Below the pieces are notes generated by a model. The model saw only the letters and a list, made by a program, of their open reading frames with translations. It was not told the origin of the DNA and made no database searches. From Actinomycetota bacterium (GTDB lineage Bacteria; Actinomycetota; Actinomycetes; Mycobacteriales; SCTD01), in contig JAVXVI010000013.1 of the NCBI GenBank assembly GCA_032230005.1, forward strand, positions 1,813-65,812: a DNA stretch of 64,000 nt, given 5' to 3'. The position numbers were made by a program, and so were the translations under genes. Position 1 is the first letter of the stretch, and every line of letters begins with the position of its first letter. This document shows, one piece after another, positions 60,339 to 64,000 of this stretch.

Positions 60339-61967
60339 ATGCGCGACGGCGTCACCTGGGACGTGCTGGCTCCGGCCCCTGCTTCCCCCGCTGCCTGGCG
60401 GCGCAACGTCGGCGTCCTCGCCGTTGCGGCGGCCCTCGCTACGACGACGGCCGTTGCAGGCGTCACGGCCTTGCACGGGAGCCGTTCGCTGACCCCCGTC
60501 CAGGTCGGCGCCAACCCGTGGTTCGCCAGCCTCTGGTCGACGCCGACCTCGACGACACCTCTGCCCGACCTCGCCTCCGTCGAGAAGGTCGTCGGGGCGC
60601 AGACCGCCTGGGCCTCCGGAGCCAACGGCAAGGGCATCGATGTCGCGCTCATCGACAGCGGCGTCGTCCCCGTGTCGGGTCTCAACGGCCCGAACAAGCT
60701 GGTCATCGGACCGGACCTGAGCTTCGACGGGCAGAACCCGGACCTGGCCGGGTTGGACTCCTACGGCCACGGCACCGCGATGGCCGGCATCATCGCCGGC
60801 AACGACGGGACCCCCGGTGGGTTCATGGGTGTGGCCCCGCAGGCCCGCATCGTCAGCGTCAAGGTCGGGGCCGCAAACGGCGCGGTCGACGTCTCCCAGG
60901 TGATCGCCGGGATCGACTGGGTGGTTCAGCACGCCCACGACGACGGTCTGAACATCCGCGTCATGAACATCTCGCTCGGCACCAGCTCACCCCAGCGCTA
61001 CCAGCTCGACCCGCTCGCGCACGCCGCCGAGAACGCCTGGCGGCACGGCATCGTCGTCGTGGCCTCGGTCGGCAACAACGGCACCGGTGTCGCAAGCGTG
61101 GCTGATCCGGCGAACGACCCGTTCGTCATCGCGGTCGGCTCCTCCGACCCCCGCGGCACGGTCTCCATCGGAGACGACAGCGCCTCGACCTTCTCGAGCA
61201 AGGGCAGCTCGACGCGGCACGCCGACGTACTCGCGCCCGGTGCGTACATCGTCGGCCTCCGGGCTCCCGGCTCCTACCTTGACCAGCAGTTCCCCGGTGC
61301 GCGCATCGGCGACCGCTACTTCCGCGGGAGCGGTACCTCGCAGGCCGCCGCAGTCGTGTCCGGCGCGCTCGCAGACATCCTGTCGGCGCGACCGACGCTC
61401 ACGCCTGACGGCGCCAAGAAGGTGCTCCTGCGCACTGCCCAGAGCGTCTCCGGCTCGTCCGACGTGACCGGGAACGGGCAGATCCAGATCGTTCCGGCGC
61501 TGACCGACACGGGTGGCGGGGACCCCGCGCAGACGTTCACCCGGTCGACCGGCACCGGCACCCTCGAAGGTGCCCGCGGCGACTCCCATGTCGCCATCGG
61601 CGGGGTCACCCTCACAGGCGAGCAGGACATCTTCGGCAACCCGTGGAACGCGGCCCAGATCGCCACGGCGGAGGAAGCCGGCGCGACGTGGAGCGGGGGC
61701 ACTTTCAACGGCGCGACCTGGTCCGGGGCCACCTGGTCGGGGGCCACCTGGTCCGGCGCGACCTGGTCGGGGGCCACCTGGTCCGGCGCGACCTGGTCGG
61801 GCGCCACCTGGTCCGGGGCCACCTGGTCCGGCGCGACCTGGTCCTCGGTCACGTGGTCGGGTGCCACCTGGTCCGGTGCGACCTGGTCCGGTGCGACGTG
61901 GTCCGGTGCGACGTGGTCCGGCGCGACCTGGTCCGGCGCGACCTGGTCCGGCGCGGGCTGGACGTAG
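60339..61967 (+). CDS. secreted S8 (subtilisin-like) serine peptidase with C-terminal Trp-centred pentapeptide-repeat tail
   Basis: The catalytic triad sits in VALIDSGV (Asp), HGTAMAGIIAG (His) and GTSQAAAVVSG (Ser). An N-terminal TM/signal VGVLAVAAALATTTAVAGV is present. The C-terminal 95 aa consist of 19 tandem 5-residue units, mostly GATWS. Confidence 0.9.
   Translation: MRDGVTWDVLAPAPASPAAWRRNVGVLAVAAALATTTAVAGVTALHGSRSLTPVQVGANPWFASLWSTPTSTTPLPDLASVEKVVGAQTAWASGANGKGIDVALIDSGVVPVSGLNGPNKLVIGPDLSFDGQNPDLAGLDSYGHGTAMAGIIAGNDGTPGGFMGVAPQARIVSVKVGAANGAVDVSQVIAGIDWVVQHAHDDGLNIRVMNISLGTSSPQRYQLDPLAHAAENAWRHGIVVVASVGNNGTGVASVADPANDPFVIAVGSSDPRGTVSIGDDSASTFSSKGSSTRHADVLAPGAYIVGLRAPGSYLDQQFPGARIGDRYFRGSGTSQAAAVVSGALADILSARPTLTPDGAKKVLLRTAQSVSGSSDVTGNGQIQIVPALTDTGGGDPAQTFTRSTGTGTLEGARGDSHVAIGGVTLTGEQDIFGNPWNAAQIATAEEAGATWSGGTFNGATWSGATWSGATWSGATWSGATWSGATWSGATWSGATWSGATWSSVTWSGATWSGATWSGATWSGATWSGATWSGATWSGAGWT
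61680..61964 (+). repeat. 19 x 15-nt in-frame tandem repeat encoding (G-A-T-W-S)n
   Basis: Unit order: GATWS GGTFN, GATWS x9, SVTWS, GATWS x6, GAGWT. The peptide is nearly invariant while codons vary between units: GCG/GCC (Ala), ACC/ACG (Thr), TCC/TCG (Ser), GGG/GGC/GGT (Gly). Confidence 0.95.
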
Positions 61968-61998
61968 ACCGACCTCACATGAGCACGGGAGGAACGGC

Positions 61999-64000
61999 AT
62001 GAGCACGCACGCGCGCTCCGTGGACACACGGCGCGTGCTTGCGCTTGCCCTGACCATCCTCCTGGGCGCGCTGGCGATCGACTGGTTCGCTCTCAACGTC
62101 AACGAGGGCGCTCTACGGATCGCCCGCGTTGACGTCCTGCTGCTGGCCTTGGCCTTCGCCTGGGCAGAGGTCGTGGTCCTGCACCTGGAGTCAGGACGCA
62201 ACGCGTTCTCTGTGTCGCTGAGTGAGCTGCCGCTGATCGTCGGGCTCTTCACCGTCCCCACCGCGGGCCTCGTGCTCGCTCGCGTGGTCGGTGCCGGGCT
62301 GGTCCTGCTGCTCGTACGACGGCAGCCGCCCACCAAGCTGGTGTTCAACGTCTGCGCGATCGCGATGGAGGTCACGCTCGCGGCGTGGGTGGTGTCCGCG
62401 CTCGGCGGCAGCTCGCAGGACCTGATGCAGGCGGCCCCGGCCGCGCTGCTGGCCGTCGTCGCCGCGGCCGTCTGGCAGAGCACTGCCGTCATCGCCGCCA
62501 TCACCATCTACAACCGCCGACCGCAGCTCGACATGATCCGAGGCTTCGCCAGGTCCAGTGCCGTCGAGGTCCTCGCCTGCTGGGTGGGCGGCGTGATCCT
62601 GCTCGGCGCTCTTCGCTGGGACGTGCGGACACTGCCGTTCGTGGCCGCACTCGCAGGCGCACTCCTCGTGGGCTACCGCGGCTACTCCCAGCTTCGTCAG
62701 CGCCACCACTCGCTGGCGCTGCTCTACGACTTCACGCGCCGACTCACGAGCGCAACGCACAGCAGCGAGGAGCAGCTCACCGACCTGTTCCACGCGATCG
62801 GCGGCCTGCTGAGAGCGGACACCGTCGAGATGGTGCTCGTTGACGAGGACGGTCTTCCGCGGCGCCTGCGGCTGAGCGGCGGAGCCGACGTCGTGCAGCT
62901 CAGTGCCGACGACCTCAGCGTCGACCCATGGCTCGAGCTGCTCGAGGAGGGTGAACCGCTGGTCGTCGCCGACACCACCAGCGACCCCCGCGAGCAGCTC
63001 CTGCTCACCAGCCGGGGCGCGCGCGACCTCGTCCTCGTGGGTCTGCCGGCGGCCTCCGGCGTACGCGGTGTCCTGGGGGTGGCGAACCGGCTCGGCGACG
63101 TCGCCACCTTCACCAAGGAGGACGGTCGGCTGCTGCAGACCGTCACCGCGCAGGTCGCGACGGCGTTCGAGAACAGCCGGCTGGTTCACCGGCTCGACCA
63201 CGAGTCACGGCACGACCCGCTCACCGGCCTCGCCAACCGCGTGTACTTCAACGACTCGCTCGACCGTGCACTGGCAGCGCACCCGGAGCACGTCGCCGTC
63301 CTCCTCCTCGACCTCGACAGGTTCAAGGAGGTCAACGACACGCTCGGCCATCACCTGGGCGACCTCCTGCTGCAGCAGGTCGCGGCCCGGCTGCGCGAGC
63401 AGATGCGCAACGCGGACCTGCTCGCCCGCCTCGGCGGCGACGAGTTCGCGGTCTTCCTGCTCGACGGCGACGCAGAATCGGCGATGGCCGCCGCCGGTCG
63501 CATCGGGCATGCGCTGTCCGAGCCGTTGCTGCTGGACGGCATCTCCGTCGAGGTGTCCGCAAGCATCGGCGTGGCGCTCTCACCGCAGCACGGCGAGTCG
63601 GCCCTGACGCTGCTGCAGCGGGCCGACGTCGCGATGTACGAAGCGAAGAAGTCGCACAGCGGCGCGGAGATCTACGACGAGGCGCTGGACGGCTACTCAC
63701 CACGGCGCCTCGCGATCGCCACCGAGCTTCGACATGCCATCGAGAGCGGCGACCTCGAGATGCACTACCAGGCCAAGGCCGATGCACGCACGGGCCGCGT
63801 TGTCGCAGCCGAGGCGCTCGTGCGCTGGAACCACCGGGAGTACGGCCTGATCGGGCCGGCGGAGTTCATCCCGGTCGCTGAGCAGACGGCCCAGATCCGC
63901 GACCTCACGCAGTTCGCGATCCGCACCGCAGTCGCGGAGTGCGCCGGCTGGCGGCGTTCCGGGCTGGAGCTGTCCGTGGCGGTCAACGTCTCGGTGCGCA
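61999..64000 (+). CDS. membrane-anchored GAF-GGDEF-EAL protein (3' end outside window)
   Basis: Not in the ORF track because there is no stop in the window. ATG at 61999 with GGGAGGA upstream.
- About 8 TM segments in the N-terminal part.
- A GAF-like region: LFHAIGGLLRADTVEMVLVDEDG...GVLGVANRLGD...FTKEDGRLLQTVTAQVATAFENSRL.
- GGDEF domain: HDPLTGLANR...RLGGDEFAVF.
- EAL domain start: EALVRWNH. Confidence 0.85.
   Translation, partial: MSTHARSVDTRRVLALALTILLGALAIDWFALNVNEGALRIARVDVLLLALAFAWAEVVVLHLESGRNAFSVSLSELPLIVGLFTVPTAGLVLARVVGAGLVLLLVRRQPPTKLVFNVCAIAMEVTLAAWVVSALGGSSQDLMQAAPAALLAVVAAAVWQSTAVIAAITIYNRRPQLDMIRGFARSSAVEVLACWVGGVILLGALRWDVRTLPFVAALAGALLVGYRGYSQLRQRHHSLALLYDFTRRLTSATHSSEEQLTDLFHAIGGLLRADTVEMVLVDEDGLPRRLRLSGGADVVQLSADDLSVDPWLELLEEGEPLVVADTTSDPREQLLLTSRGARDLVLVGLPAASGVRGVLGVANRLGDVATFTKEDGRLLQTVTAQVATAFENSRLVHRLDHESRHDPLTGLANRVYFNDSLDRALAAHPEHVAVLLLDLDRFKEVNDTLGHHLGDLLLQQVAARLREQMRNADLLARLGGDEFAVFLLDGDAESAMAAAGRIGHALSEPLLLDGISVEVSASIGVALSPQHGESALTLLQRADVAMYEAKKSHSGAEIYDEALDGYSPRRLAIATELRHAIESGDLEMHYQAKADARTGRVVAAEALVRWNHREYGLIGPAEFIPVAEQTAQIRDLTQFAIRTAVAECAGWRRSGLELSVAVNVSVR

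Noticed and set aside
61680-61964. Possible CRISPR array or contingency microsatellite suggested by the 15-nt tandem repeat
   Set aside because: There are no spacers. The units are contiguous, in frame and encode a conserved pentapeptide. Synonymous differences between units argue against recent slippage. No cas genes are in the window.
61316-62029. 237-aa minus-strand ORF with (APDQV)n repeats opposite the protease tail
   Set aside because: It is the antisense shadow of the in-frame GATWS repeat. It has no start context and no recognisable domains, and it lies entirely inside a well-supported S8 peptidase gene.

Overview
The window is a very GC-rich (roughly 70% by eye) chromosomal segment with actinobacterial gene content and order. 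It is densely coded, and about 60 protein genes can be supported. Many long ORFs in the track are antisense shadows or artificial N-terminal extensions; I trimmed those to starts that have a Shine-Dalgarno-like motif or a 4-nt stop/start overlap.

Gene content, left to right:
- A small lower-GC block (secreted beta-helix protein plus methyltransferase) ends in a frameshifted tyrosine-integrase remnant next to tRNA-Ser(CGA).
- tadA follows, with two paralogous acidic 'deaminase-associated' genes, then a TrxB-like flavoprotein translationally coupled to recQ.
- Next are an MFS transporter with a coiled-coil tail, a membrane GGDEF-EAL protein, DUF3039, murB and rarD, BNR/sialidase-like secreted proteins and an HSL-type esterase.
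- A three-gene WXG-like / T7SS-type polymorphic toxin / immunity cassette comes next, with no secretion apparatus in the window.
- Then come secreted S15 and M23 peptidases, a Baeyer-Villiger monooxygenase divergent from a GAF-PP2C phosphatase, MarR, and an OmpR-type two-component system.
- A dense phosphate-starvation cluster follows: phoU<>phoR-phoP, pstSCAB, a GDPD enzyme and two PF04185-type phosphoesterases, with PHO-box-like direct repeats.
- The right part holds YibE/F, a beta-carbonic anhydrase, a TetR<>methyltransferase pair and an APC permease.
- It also holds a lipoprotein + two ATPases + double-FtsX ABC operon, a second two-component system divergent from a LolA-like + ABC-2 exporter operon, and a COG4705-like membrane protein.
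- It ends with an S8 peptidase carrying 19 tandem G-A-T-W-S pentapeptide units and a second, partial GAF-GGDEF-EAL gene.

The best candidates for something new are the orphan toxin cassette (18831-20793) and the Trp-centred pentapeptide-repeat tail of the S8 protease (61680-61964). No CRISPR array, rRNA, intact mobile element or recognisable phage-defence system was seen. All family calls rest on motif recognition by eye; no database search was possible.
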